From Monocercomonoides exilis PA203 (taxonomy: Eukaryota > Protista > Preaxostyla): a DNA stretch of 64,000 bases. This document shows, piece after piece, positions 1-13,789 of this stretch (within the stretch, counting starts at the first letter, position 1; every line of letters starts with the position of its first letter). The DNA lies in contig LSRY02000040.1 of assembly GCA_001643675.2 (NCBI GenBank), forward strand, positions 186,001-250,000, in the 5' to 3' direction. The notes below the pieces were generated by a model, which saw only the letters and a list, made by a program, of their open reading frames with translations, searched no databases and was not told the origin of the DNA. The translations under genes were made by a program, and so were the position numbers.

Positions 1-1245
1 AATCAGAAAAGTTAAAGAGATACGTGGAGAGCCCTGCGAAGATTCAAGCAATTTTTGGATAAAGAAAGTATTGATGACACGGACCCCCTCACAAACAAAG
101 ATACAAAATGGATTATGGTAGAATTCACTGAAACACTCTCGAATACGAACCTCTCAAATGGAGTGATTCATCAGACAGTTAGGAAAGTGCTGGATTCCAT
201 TAATCTATTCAGAGAGACTAAGATTGATGTGAAAGACATAGAGATATTTCCAAAGACTTATGTGGGGGATAAGCCAAGAAGGGGGAAACGATACAAATCA
301 ATGTGGGACTTAACAATTATCACGAAGTGGGCTGAAAGCACCTACGACGCAAAAGATATTCGGACACTCCAGAGGAGGGCTCTCATCCTGACTATGATCT
401 TTGTAGCGTTAAGGCCAGCTGAGCTGGAGAGATTGAGAAGAGAGACAACGTTATTCAAAGAAAACACAATGTTGACTCAGATACAGACTAAGAAGTATGG
501 AGGGGAGATTATAATAGTTATTATTAATGAACATCCAAACCCACGTATAGATGCTGTTGCAGCGCTCCAACGTTAAAAGGATTATTCAAAGACGGCTATT
601 TAAGGTGAACATGTGTGGTTCAATATCAGTGAGAGACAACCTGCAAACTTGCAGAGGATCAAAGAAGAACTTACGGCTATTTTAAGAGAGAACGGAATAT
701 CCGACACATTTACCGCGTTCTCGATAAGACACGCTGTGATTACACACTTTGCAAGACAACAAGATGCAGATTGGAAAGCGATCAATGCATATGCGAGATG
801 GGAGCTGGGTTTGAGAGTGGACCAGGAATATTACACCGTGCTGCCAGTTCAAGACACAAGATGGATCCTGGAGACAATCGGTGGATCAGTACTCCAGAGG
901 GGAGAAGATTACAAGCCAGACAAGAGTGGAGACACGAAGGAAGGGACACTGGAGATAGCAGATGCAGATATGAAAGATCGCACAGAGGAATTACCCAATG
1001 CTGTGTTTGAAGAAGGGAAGAAACCTACGAGAAAGCTGTCAAAAAAAGGGAGAAAGAAGCTACCGAGTGGAGAAGTAAATAGAGGTGAAATGGCTCATTC
1101 ACGAAGCCCAACACCCCGACAACAGAGTCGTCAGAAGACACCCTCCATAATCCCCAACAATGTCTGTGATCTGACTGGAGAGAAGGATTCAACTCCGCTG
1201 AAGAAGAGAGGAAAGGATCGGAGGAAGCGCAGTGGAAGAAGTTAA
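1..1245 (+). pseudogene. Tyrosine recombinase (YR) of a DIRS-type retrotransposon; 5' end outside the window, interrupted near 576-613
   Basis: ORF 55-576 has the YR Box I-like motif 'ALRPAEL'. ORF 613-1245 has 'FSIRHAVITH...ARW......EYY', the Box II Arg and catalytic Tyr region. The two ORFs are separated by a stop codon. Confidence 0.75.
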
Positions 1246-3069
1246 GGACAGATAGGAAATAACAATGAGGTGGCAAGGGCCAAATCTATGTCGCCTCAAA
1301 GATATCCCAAGAGGGAGCGGGCATAGACCAGGAGGTCCGCACCACTACACGCACGCTCTCAACTCATCCGCCGCACTAGAGCGTGCTAGGAAAGGGGTTT
1401 TAGATCACACATACGGAATGAAAAGGGATTTCGAGACTCATTATTGAGGAGCAAACCTGCTCCTTGCGTTTGTTGATTCGCTCCATTGCGAATTAATAAA
1501 AACGCAGTGAGACAGGTTTGCTCCGAGATAATACGAACGCGGATGGAGAGACTCAAAGCGGCTGGGTGCGTAAGAGAGAGAAACAGATTAGGAAGATGAC
1601 AGGGAAAAGGGCGAGAAAGCAGAGGAGATGGAAAAAGATCAACCGTCCGAAATCACAAGGTTACATTCACAACGTGGATAAAGAAATTTGGAATGAATTG
1701 AAAGTTTTTAAGAATAATTTTTCTCCTTGATTTGTTTATGAACGATTTGCAAAGAGAAGAGTCAGACTTGCCCACACAGCGTGTGGCGAGCAGATTAGCT
1801 CTGCTGGATCAGCAGAAGAGCGGGAGGCAGAGCACATCGCACGCAGTTTTCTTTTCCACGCCTCGCAGAAGCGAAAGTGGTTTTTCTTTCTGCTCCCACA
1901 AGAAGACTCGCCTCGCTGGATCCCTGCACGGACTGCAAAAGAAAGCTCCGATGAGCAATGTCCCCTACCCTCTGGTCTTCGAGATCATGGCAAAAGGCGA
2001 AGACGGTGGGGAAGTGAAGCGGATAATGCATTATTTATTTATTTCTTAATTTTAATGTTATTGTTTTGTATTTTTATCTCGCCCTTTTTTCTACGTCATA
2101 TATGGGAGGGCGAAGTTTTAACTTAAACAACCCATAAATCGTGATCAATACTCATTATCTCGGAGAAAACCTGTCTCATTGCGTTTTTATTATAACCAAA
2201 TTCTTGCTCTAAATCTATAATCACAAATTGAGAGCAGTTCCAACTGAAAACACAATGTTTCACAGAACCCTTTGAGGTTGAATAAATATTTTGAAGTTGG
2301 CGCATCCATTTCAGAATGATTATTTTGATACAGATAGACTGTTGATTGAAAGTTGAAAGGAAGCTGAAGCTCAGAAATGAAAGATAGTCGAATGGAAGAT
2401 GAAAGAGTTACGTGATTGTGAAAGAATTGTGAAAAAATTATCTGCTGAAGCTCTGCAATTGAACAATATTGGCTTTGGAAGAAACAAGTTTGTTTGAAGA
2501 TGAGGTTGCAATATGATAGGAGATAAAAGTATTTTTTCGATAATTGTGAAAGAAAAATAAATTTTGATGAAGGAAAATGTGAGTTGAGTGAAATGGTTGA
2601 TGAAGAATGCTGATAAGGAGAAGGAGAAGGAGAAAAAGAAGTTATTGAAGAATTTCGTGCATTCATGTTGCTTGGCGAAGAGTAATGATAAGGCAATGAG
2701 CCAATTGTTGACGATGATGATGAATGAGAATAACTTGTTTTCTCGCTTGTTTCATGCGAAAACTACCAAAAATTCGACAGGAATGAATCCAAAGTTTCAT
2801 TAATAAAAGCATTTGTTATAATATAGAAAAAGTTGATGTTTTTATCAGATCAAGAAATCGATGGATTGCGTTGCATCCAGATCTTCTCGATCATTCTCTT
2901 TGGCTTTGCTGTTCGCCACTTTCATTTGAACAAACTTTTTTATGCGTTGCTGTTTCATTTATCGGTTTAATCGCTTCTTTTTCTTCCTCTTTTTCTCTAC
3001 TTTAACTTTATTTTCTTCTACCATCACATCTTCTTCAACTTTTCCTTAAAAGCATTTCTTAAACAGATA

Positions 3070-5645
3070 CCATCAATGCTTAACCCGCACCCTGGTGCCA
3101 AACTCGCCCCCTGTTAATTTTGCAAAACACAAATATTATTGTTTTTATTTCCACAGATTTCTTCATGTTCGCTGAAAAAAAGAAAAGGAATAAATGATTT
3201 AAATGAAATGACTTCATTAAAATGCTCTGCAAAAGTTTATAAGTAATTAAATATCCATCTTCAAATATACTTGGAACAAAGTATTTTCCATTGTTGAAAG
3301 AAGTGAGAAAAGCAAAAACAATATTCACTTGTATTTCTTTATTGATCTCAACCATTCGCGATTCCAAACTTATTCATTATTGAAAGAAAGATAGATAGAA
3401 AGAAACTACAACGACAACGAAGAATAATATTTCTTGCGAAATTCAATTTCTTTTTTACTAAAAGCAGGTGAAACTGCTCTTTGAATTGGCTTTTCGTTTT
3501 CCATATTTCTTCCTTTCTCTGAGTCGCTCCCTCCACTCACATCATTGTGCACGATCTCATATATTTTCTTTTTCTTTTTCTGCTGCATTTCTCTTTTATC
3601 TTCATCTGTGGCAGAACTTGACAAAAAATGTTGAATTCTTTTCGAGAATGCTTTGTTTTTAAAGTTGAAGAAGTCGAAGAAGCTTACGAATTTTCAATTT
3701 CTTTTTTTTTCGATCGAAGAAATGCAATATGCTTTTCAGCATCTTCAAGTTGTTTTTTCAATTCAAAGCTATCCAAATCTTCAATAATTGTTGTTGAATT
3801 TAATTCGTGATCATCAGACGGAGAAGAACAGGTAAGAATGTTCGATGAAGTTGATTTTGCTGAGTTTGCTTTTTCTGCAGTAAAAATATCTGATGGTTTT
3901 GATGAAACTGTGATTCTTTGCCTTTTTGGTGGGGAATAGCTTCCAAAAAGTTCTTCACGCCAATCTTTAGACGAAGAATGAAGATCTTCTTTCAATGCAG
4001 AGGTTTCAATTGGTGCTCCTGCCACTCTTTAGAGCACAGGGGCTGCTGCAACAGGCCAAACTCCTGTCTTTATGAATGCTGCTTTTATTGTTGAATGTGT
4101 ACATGCAGCTGCCAAGGCTTCAGGAAGAACTTCTGTGAGTTGTGTTCGATAAGAAGAGAGGGAGAATGGAGATGGAATGACAAATTTGTTGTTCAATGTT
4201 GATTTCAGTCGAGAAAATATCCGTGAATCGCATGGTTGAAGTAAGTGTGTCATGTTGGGTGGGAATCGCTTCAAAATGATGTTGTCTTTTTCAGCGGCTT
4301 CAATGACAAATCCATCATTGTGAGTAGAATGATTATCCATTAACAAAAGTGCACGAAGAGAACTTGTTAGTTTCACTTTCTCTTCGACAAATGGAATACA
4401 ATAATTGATCATGATATGTCTGAAGATTTCCTTCGTAATCCACCCAGGAGAAGAGTTGACATATCTGATATTAAATGATGAAAGAGAATGAAACTTTTTC
4501 GGGAGAGTTTTCTTAGGGTTAAGAAGAAAACGAGTCAACGAAGATTCGTCAGTGCAGACACAGAGGTAAATTGCGGTATTCAGCACTTTTGGAGACGTTG
4601 GAACACATGGAGGTGTTTGATCTTTGAAGCAAACGACCTATTTTGTTGAAAACTCCCCGCAAGTGATTGAAGTTTCGTCGAAATTGTGTATGTCGGATGA
4701 TGTGATGTTATAGTCTGAAATTGAAGCTGACAGTTCTGAAAACCATCTGCTAACATTTTCTGGTGAAAGTGCTATGATTTTTGCAACTTCTTTTGGAATT
4801 GCATTTGTGGCTTTCAATATTTAACTTCATTGAATTAATTCACATGCGTATTTCTTACAGATCATTTTCAATTCATTCTTTGATTTTGGCTCATTTTCAA
4901 TCAGATCCACACACTGAAACATTCAAAAAAGTTAGAAAAAACATGAAAAAAATATTGCAAACCATGTTTTGCACATCACGAATTCGAACAATAGTTTGGT
5001 TAGATAAAAGAACCAAAACTTGGTTTTCAATTGTTTCCAACTGGTAGTCTGTGAATGTTTGTGGATGCCCATTCCTTCCGACCTCTCTTCCTGCTTTCTC
5101 CGCTCTTATCCCTCGTTTCCAAGCATCCTTTGAAATAACTTTGGCTTTCATAGCAGTTGAATATTTCACTTTGAAACTCTGCCGAATCGCAAATAGCTTT
5201 TTTAATGTGGATTTGTACTCGCGATATTCAATTATTGCCAGAACTCTGTGCAATTGAGATGATATCAATTCAGTTTTTTCTGTCATCAAAATGGGGAATG
5301 ATCAATTTCTTCAGAATTATCAAAATTAATGTTTCTGTCATAGACAATTCTTTTCGGATGCATGGTTTGATATTATGTAAATATATATCTTTATTGAAAC
5401 ATTGAAATTATCAACTTTCCAAAATTCTGCAGGAAATCAAACATGTGAATAAAATAAAAAATAGCAACATTCAGCTGGAAGAAGACATGATGAAGAAGAA
5501 TAATAAATTTTTTTTCATTATTTAATTCAATTTCGATTGTTTTTGATATGTTTTGATTTCTGTTGTTCATAATAATAAAGAACAAGAGAATGCTTCATTG
5601 AGAGGGTGTGCGTTTGGAACCAGGGTGCGGGTTAAGCAATGATGG
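3070..5645 (-). mobile_element. pogo/Tigger-like (Tc1-mariner superfamily) DNA transposon, decayed
   Basis: Imperfect TIRs of about 40 bp: CCATCAATGCTTAACCCGCACCCTGGTGCCAAAC from 3070, and GTTTGGAACCAGGGTGCGGGTTAAGCAATGATGG ending at 5645. TA is duplicated on both sides (3068-69, 5646-47). DDE_1 transposase remnants lie inside. Confidence 0.92.
3406..5289 (-). pseudogene. DD35D pogo-type transposase pseudogene
   Basis: Fragments show NFDETS, LMDNHSTH and LLQPCDS motifs. Intron at about 4962-4914 after QNM. Several in-frame stops. Collinear with the intact transposase at 54.6-56.5 kb. Confidence 0.88.
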
Positions 5646-6617
5646 TATTTAGGTCTTTATTCTTTTTTTCATTTCAGATAAAAAAACATTATCCATGCAT
5701 TTATAATCCATTTTCAACTCTGTTCTTTGGAAAGCATCAAGGAATGAAAAAAAAAGCAAAGAATGATGAGCATACGAATTTCAATTTTTTTCTTAATCTT
5801 CGCCAAATGAATTTCACTTTCAAAAAATTCTCTTTTTAAAAAATATCATAATAACAGTTTTTGAAACGAGATGAGTAAGATTGATGATTCAAAAGGTGAA
5901 ATATTTCCAATTATGAATATCACAAGAGATAACGGAGAAACATTGAATTGGCTTATGGAGGTGATGCATCATCGTTTGAGGATGATTAACAATTTTGATA
6001 TTATCTTTTTTTCAAAAGCAACTTTCAAAAATAAAATTGTTATCTCAATATCAATTTTTTTTCATTCCATTTGAAAATAGGTTCTCTTTTGGTAAATTTT
6101 AAATAATAACAAAACAAAATACTTATATTATAGGATTTTTCGAACAAAAATGTGTTCTTCTTAAAACAAAAGATTGCTCAAATATGAGGAGCTGACTTCG
6201 TTCAATTTATCACATTATTGACTAATAAACAAAAAAATCTTATTTACAACATTAATTGAGCGACTTCGTTAAGTTATCGTTAGCCGAAAGTTGCATATTG
6301 ATAAAGAACGTTCGTGTGATCTCAATCAAAAAAAATCGATAGAATATTTAAAAAATTTCCATTGTTTAAAGCAAATGTGTATATGATTTCTTGTTGTTTT
6401 TGTGAATCTAAAAAAATTTAAGAAACATCTTTATTTTTTAATGTCTCAATGGTTTCCATGAAATGAATTAGACTTTGACAGATATTGTAAGTTATTCTTA
6501 AAACAAATGCTTCTTATCCTAATAACTGCAATCTTTTCAAAATTAGCACATTTTTGAAAAAGAAAATATGAATTTCACTTTCTTCTCTTCGATTTGAGAG
6601 TTTGAAGAAATTGGGCG

Positions 6618-9600
6618 TTATGGATTTCTTTCTGAATTTTCTCTTTCAATCATTTCTTTTCGTCTTTGTGATCTTGTTCGAATAATTAACTGGATGCATT
6701 TTTCTTCAATGATTTCATTTTCGTCTTTCTTGTTTTCAATGTTCGTGGTATTTGATTGCTTTTCGTGGATAGATTGAGACTTATTATCATCTTGTTCTTC
6801 GATACGGTCTGGTAGTGATATATCTTCTCTTGCTTTCACTGTTTCATGGCCTTCTTGCGAACGTGATTGTTGATTGATGGAAATGATGGAATCTTTTTCG
6901 TCTTGTGTGGATGTGGATGGTGGAACAGTGGAAGGCTGTTGAATTGCTTTCTTTGTCTTCTGATTCGATGAAATTATCTGGGCCATATTATTTGAAATGT
7001 TGGATTTGAAATAATGTTTGATCATTGTGTTGCTTCTCGATGATAATCTTGCAAATTTTGCCACCTGTTCGACTGAAGTTCCCACCATTGTTAAGGCTGA
7101 TATGGAGGCATGTATCAAGGTGTATGGGCTGTTGTTCGAAGGGATTCTTGCGTCTTTCATCATTTCGCTGGCTGCTTTTCTAATTGCAAAAGCCTTCATT
7201 GGATTAGTTTGTTGGAATTTGGACTGTGAATTTTCACTCGATCCCATAGATCTTTAACTGCTGTTGTTGGGCATATCAAACTTTCCTTGCTGAGGAATGG
7301 GATGATAACGTTGTTTCTTTCAAGTCCAGTTTTGAGTGATGAATTCAGGTCAATTGATTGCTTTTCTATTTCTGATTCATTGGGATTGATTCTTTCCAAT
7401 TCTGTGAAGTTGTTTGCTGAGATGATCATTCTATATTTCTTTCTTGCGAAGAATGTCAAATTTTCGTTCTTTCCAATCGTTTCTTTATATGTGAAGAGTT
7501 GTTGAGGATTCCACATATCTTCTTGTTTCTTATTCTTTCTGCATTCTGATCTCCTGAATGATCAGAACAGAATTGAGATCATGGTGTTCTCTCCTAGTGA
7601 TTTTCCGTTTAATACTGATGTTAAGAATGAAGTGGCAGATATGACAATTCTCAACGAAGTGGCGATAATTCCACTGTTTTTTTAGACGACAAATACATCC
7701 AAGCATCTTTTTTGTCAAATCTGTAATTTGGAAGGGATGTCTTTGAATTTCAACTGATCCCATCCGTCTTTTAAATGTGCAAACACAAAAGTGTATCCCA
7801 TCCATGTTGCACTTGCCACGCAATTTTTGCACTCTTCGGACAGTTCACGTTACATGTTGCTTGACACAAAAATCTCGTTCCAACACGATTCTCCCTTTTC
7901 GGTTATGGATTGACTGGGCATATCCTCAGTCTTCCTGGAGGAAGCGTTGCATTCATTAGCTTTATCTATCCACATTCCTTGATAATCTCCTTCGTTCTCC
8001 TTCATGTCCAAGAGATGTGATTTGTGTTGTTCGGGAGAAATTCCCATATCTGACCTTTCCAATCTGGAAGAAGATGAAGAACTCGAGCATTCTCCGTCGT
8101 GGCTTTTCGGATCACTACTGGAATCAAAGGAACTGGTGGATGCGCAAGATTTGTCTTGTTTCTCCAAGAAATTTGAAACCCGTCTTGACTTTAACTGCTT
8201 CCTTGTTCGTTCCATCTCGTTGATTTTGAGTTTTTTTTTTGTTGCGAAGGCATCGAGTGTGATGTGCATCTGAAGCTGATTGGTGATCTCTTCGAGTGCT
8301 TCTTGTTCGACTTTGTTATCTCCTCCAACTGCCAATCTCGATAGGCCATCTGCTCTGACGTTTCTCTCTCCGGGAATATGTTGAGCTTTCACAACCACTT
8401 TCAGCACTTGGGTTTGATTCCATATTCTCTTCAGAAGGGTTCTGAGATTCGGACCCGCTCCCCATCGATTCAGATTGAAAACTGCTGTTGTGTTGTCTGA
8501 TCGAATAAGCAAACTTCTTATTTCTTGATTTCGAATGGAATTTGAGAAATGCGCGATGGCTTGATTTATAGCGAATAACTCTCTGTAATTTGAACTTTGG
8601 CTTTTGATTGATGGTGGAAGAGGTTTGAAAAAGTCCAGCATTTGATTGTTAACTTTCACTGTTGCTCCGATGGAAAATCCTGATGCATCTGTTGTTAGAA
8701 TAGCTTCTGGTCGAAACACTGGATTCAATCTCCTTGGTTGGTTCTCTTTCAGCCTTTCGCTCCACTTCCCGAGGCATTTTGTTATCGATGCATTCACATT
8801 CAGTTTCCCTATCAACGAGGCAAACTTTTTTATCGAAACAACTCTGTTGTATTAGGCAATCCTCCTCCATTTCTGGAACTCTTTCATCAGCTCTGTTTTC
8901 TTCGACTCCTTCATTTGTACCACAAACCGATTGGAATTTGTTGAACAACGAAAGTGTTTTCTCCACAATAATGTTGAGTTCCTGTGGATTTTGATGAAAA
9001 AGAATAAATTCGTCCAGGTGCGCAATGGCTGTCAAGTTCCATTATTCCCTCAAATGTTTCAGAACTTTTCTTATCACTTTTGTGAACGTTCGTGGTGCGT
9101 CTTTGTATCCGAAAGGCATTCCGTGGAAAGCGTAGTATTTTCCTTTGAAAATGAACGAAAGGAATGGCGATAATTCTTCGCTGACTTTTATGAGATAATA
9201 AGCTTGGCTCAAGTCCAGCGTGACTGCGTAATCCTTTTCTTGTATAATTTTCTCCACTGTTTTGTGGTCTTCTTGCTTGTAATAAATCGTCTTGATTGCA
9301 TTGTTGAGTCTTCGACAATCCACAATTTGCCTCCAGCCGAGGTCTTTCTTTCTGATTACAAACGCTGGATTCAAATGCTTCACATCCTTCTCCTGAATCA
9401 GCTTGATGATGTTTGTTTCCAGTTGTTTCTTGATCATCTCTGAAAAGACTTGTTGGGCTTCTTGACTCTGGTGCTCCAAAGGGTTGAAAACTCCTGTTTT
9501 CTTGTAAGATTCCTTCGCAGCTTTGCTCCTCCATACAGGGATTACTCCTTTCCCAATAATTCGTGATCCTCCTATTTTTTCCCATTCTTCTCGAAATAAA

Positions 9601-10512
9601 CAAGTTCTTCCTCCAATCATTGCCTCTTGTCGGACTTCTGCGGGCTGTTGAATGCTGTTCGTTTCTTCAATTGGAATTTTCGCTCCCCTGATTGTCTTCT
9701 TGAAGCGAAACCTGAAGCTCTTGGTCGCTGCCGGATTTGGTTTTGTTGTCTTGACAACCGGGGAGCTGCAAGAAAAAATCTGTGGCTTACAGTTCTTCTG
9801 GTTGGAATTGTTCTGGCTCTTATCGAACTTCTTCTCACAGGCCAGCGAGTTGTTTACAGCTTGGATTGTTGACTCTTTTCTGTTTTTCTCCATTCTATAA
9901 GTACTTCTGATTGCCTTTGAGTTTGAAGACTTGCAGCTGAGCACTCCTTCATCTGTGCAGCTGCCCGAAAGCCGAGTCTTCCTTGAATTCTTACTCATCT
10001 TTCTTCCTTCAGCTCTTTTGAAACTAATAAAATTGCATCTGCAATTGATCCTTTTTCGTCAATATTTTCTTTTTATTTCGCATGTGTGTGTAAAGCAGAA
10101 TTTTAATAGCTGGATACAGAAATGCTTCAATTCTCTCGCCTGCGTTATCCAACACATCGTTCATCCAATTATCTGTTCCAGAAGCTGAATGAGGAGCCCT
10201 ATGCAAAAATGGACTTTGATCATCTTCCTTCATGTCAAAAATAAGATCATCCAAATTTCTTTCTGGTAAATCCATATCATATAAGTTGCAATCCGGATCT
10301 CTGAGAAATATTGTTTTAATACTGTTTTCTAGCAGCCAACTGTCCTCTTCATAGATTATTTTCGCTTCTGAAGCTCCGGGGTCCTGCTGGGAAAATTCAG
10401 AACTGGAATGAGATATCATTCTCGAAAACATTTCTCCCGGAGGTCCATCTGACATCATCGATGTGGCAGAATTACACGCGTGTCCAGCACAGAGTTGGGA
10501 GCTTAGGAGCAT
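6618..10512 (-). mobile_element. DIRS-type tyrosine-recombinase retrotransposon relic (gag-like, RT, RNase H, MTase-like, YR)
   Basis: Order on the minus strand: gag-like 10512-~9930; RT (RQIVDCRRLN, LDLSQAYY, MPFGYKDAPRTF, degenerate HLDE); RNase H (TDAS, ELFAI, RSDN, HIPGERNVRADGLSR); 'LDAFAT' methyltransferase-like start; YR (NNFTELERI, PYTLIHAS, ARLS...KHY). Many frameshifts and stops. Termini not identified. Confidence 0.88.
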
Positions 10513-11034
10513 TCTTTTTTTCAGATTCGCTTTGACTGACCCTTAAGTGATACTCTCAGATCGAAGAGAAGAAAGTGAATTTCAAATTTTCTTTTTCAAA
10601 AAAAAATATTAATCGTTTTTGAAGAAAAAAATTCTTAATATGGGACAATATTTTTTTCCTTCATGAATTTCGTTCCATTCAGAATTTTCCAATATTTTTC
10701 TTTATTTTTAAAAATTTCTCTATTTTCTTGAATTGTAATGGAAGACTAATAAAAATAATATTGCAGGAGAAGTTAGGAACAAATCTCAGTTTTTTTCATG
10801 ATTGCCAAAATTTCGTTTCATACGAAAGTTTTCTATTACAAAATTTTATTTATTATAATGAAGTTTGCAAAAAACAAACACACATTTTCTTCTTCAGCTG
10901 ATAACATTTCACACAATTCAATAAAAATTTTCATTTTAAAAAAGCTGCAAACTTCAGTTTTCTGATGAGGAAAATTATCCAAAAAGAAAAATATGAAATT
11001 CAGAGAAACAGAATTATCTCATTGTAACATTTCT

Positions 11035-12440
11035 TCAAACATAAACAAAATATTTAGAAAAATTCAACGATAACCCATCATAATTTTTATTGCTGAGAAA
11101 ATTAACCATTTCATAAAAGCTTGTGATGATATCTTCGTATCCTTCTTCCTCCATCTTTTCAAATATCTTTCTTTTCGATTCTTTTCGTTTTGTTTCGTCC
11201 GTTTTTCCATCCGTCTTTTCTTTTATTCTTTTTGAAATATTCAAAAAGAAAAGCAAGCAATTCCACATAATAACATCATCCAAAGTTGATTGATTCATTT
11301 CCTCCAAAACAGCACCAATGGCCCCATTTTTTAACAAACAATCAATTTCCACATTTCTATTTATTGCTGTATTTCTAAGTATATCGAAGCATCCATTGCA
11401 AATATCTTTGTGATTGTCCCTTGATGCTCGAATCATTTGAACAAGGCTGGCTATTAGCTTTGCAAGTTCTTCGTTCCACAATGTGTTTGAGTATAAGAAC
11501 TCATAAATTGCATCGAGCCATCTCCAGATAACAAGTGCTTCTTTCACTTCTTTTCCTCTTTCTTCTTTTCTCTTCCAATTCACACTCTTTGACAGATCTT
11601 CCAGTTCTCTTCTTGCTTCTCTCGCAAAATGCAGGTCATTCACGATTATGTCTTCCAAGCTTTCATCGTTGTAAAATCTTTTTATCAAAAACCTCCAAGC
11701 AGACTGATAGGCAAGCTGAGTGAGGTTGTGACGCTCATGATAATGTTCAATGATCGCTTTGATCTCATTCATATACAGTTCTTGTTCAATTTTCTTATAA
11801 AAATCAGAAAAATATGCAAAAATATCAAAATGGAAATAGAAGCAAACATACAAAATATGTGTTAACATGACTTAAAGCCAACAAAGCCATTTTCACTTCT
11901 TTTTGAGTCTCCTCATTTCCCTCTTTCTTCGAGGCAGCTTTCAGAAGGGGAGGTACAATTATTGAACGATATTCATCTGGAATGATGTAGAAATTCAGCA
12001 AAGTGAAGCATTCACAAAGATCAACCAAAAGCCTTTCGTTCTTTTCTTCTATTCTCCTTTCTTCTTCAATTATCATCTCTTTCATCCTTTCGCTCAATAA
12101 TGAATCATCAAAAGAATAACAAAAAAAGCTTTTCAATTCCTTGCAACATCCAACATGCTTCAACAACATGATTGCGTTTCCCCACGATAATGTCTTTTCT
12201 TCAATCATTTTATCAATTTTATTGAAGCACTCTTTTGTGAAATTTGATTTGAATTCTTCTTCATTCATTTCATCTATTAATCCATTCATTTCCTGGATTT
12301 TCTGCATTTGTTCCTCCTCATCGCACTCTTCAATTCCATCAAACAATGCTTCAAAATTATAAAGAAAGAAAGAAATGCAATTACCAGAAATTCAAATGCA
12401 GCAACGGATGCAAACCAGTGAACATTTCGGTGATGCTCAT
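11035..12440 (-). CDS. Lineage-specific alpha-helical multigene family member (copy 1, 3 exons)
   Basis: ORF pieces 11825-12346 and 11035-11868 can be joined through GT-AG introns. Clear paralogy with 16403-17851 and 62567-64000 (LLKHVG, DLCEC, EVxMALLAL, LAYQSAW, MEEEG). Function unknown. Confidence 0.75.
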
Positions 12441-13789
12441 TTCCTTTGACTTTTTGCAAAGCACATCATTCGGAAGACATCAACATTTTTATCAATCCAA
12501 ATTAAAAGAAAAATCGAGGCAGAGAAAAGATGACAAATATAATATTTTCAAAACTATCTGGAAAATGCCTTTCCTCATACCACCCTTTTTGTGCAAGTAC
12601 TTTTGGAAAGGTATTGAAGAGAAAAAGAACGCTTAATCTCAGAATGTTTGCTGTTATGGGAGATTTGATCAATTTATAATCTTTGAACACGAATGGAATT
12701 TTTTTTCACAAGATGAGAGTTTGTTAATAAATATTTCTTTTGGAATGTGGGATATGTTTTTGTATGGTCGAATGAGACAGCGACAGCTAGGAATTAATGA
12801 TGGAATTGAGAGAGATTATTTAATAAAAAAATCATGGAAGGAAATGCAGCAGTTTGGTTGTTGAATGAAAATATCAAAATGTTTGTATTTTATTATTGCT
12901 CTTGTTCTTTGAGTAGATATTTTTATAAATCATTTTTTCAGAGCCCAAGAATCTGATAAAATAGAATAAACTGCTATTCTTTTGTTTTTCTGAGCTGAAC
13001 ATGAGAAGCGAGTTGGATGGTGAGAAACGACCATCAGATTGGAATTACATATTTTTTGTTTTCAACTTGAACAGTGGATGAAAAACAAATCCGATTTCTA
13101 AGCAATTGGTCTTGAAAAAAAAAGAATGCAAACAATTGGCAGCATTTGGAAAGAATTAAATTCGGTGATATTTTTTTCAGAAAAAAACGTGGATGATAAC
13201 ATCGAAAGCAGGACATTTATGTGGGAGAAAATGGATGATGGAGAAAGGAGCACTGGGAAACAATGGAAATATAGATTGAAAGTATCAATGATTGAACAAT
13301 CTTCTCCATTTGCTATTGAAAGGGAATGTTTGTTTTTTTGAAGAGTTTTCATTAAAAATGCAAAACCGATAATAATGAGAAATTCTTTTTTATCTTGTTT
13401 GTATTCCAGACAACAGCTTTTTTTATATTGAGCGCTATTCTCAGAGACAATCCATTTCAAGCAGCATTTTTGCAGATTATGTGATTTTTTCTCACTTTTT
13501 TTTGAAATATTCATTGACGATATTTTTGTTTGGCAGATGGGAAGAACAATTGTTTCGTAAAATGGAATTGTTAAACAATAAGGCTGAATGCAATCGCTAT
13601 CATATTTTAATGTTGCAACATGGAGTGAGTTTGAAAATTTTTTTGTTGTTAATTGGGATTCAAATAACGTGTTTGATGTTTATTAAAGTTCCTCATTTCC
13701 CTTTTTTGTTCAATTGGATTGATTGGATTGGGCGTTTTTTTTTAAATGAAGAAGTGCTTCTTATTTGCAACCACTAAACAATGCAATTC

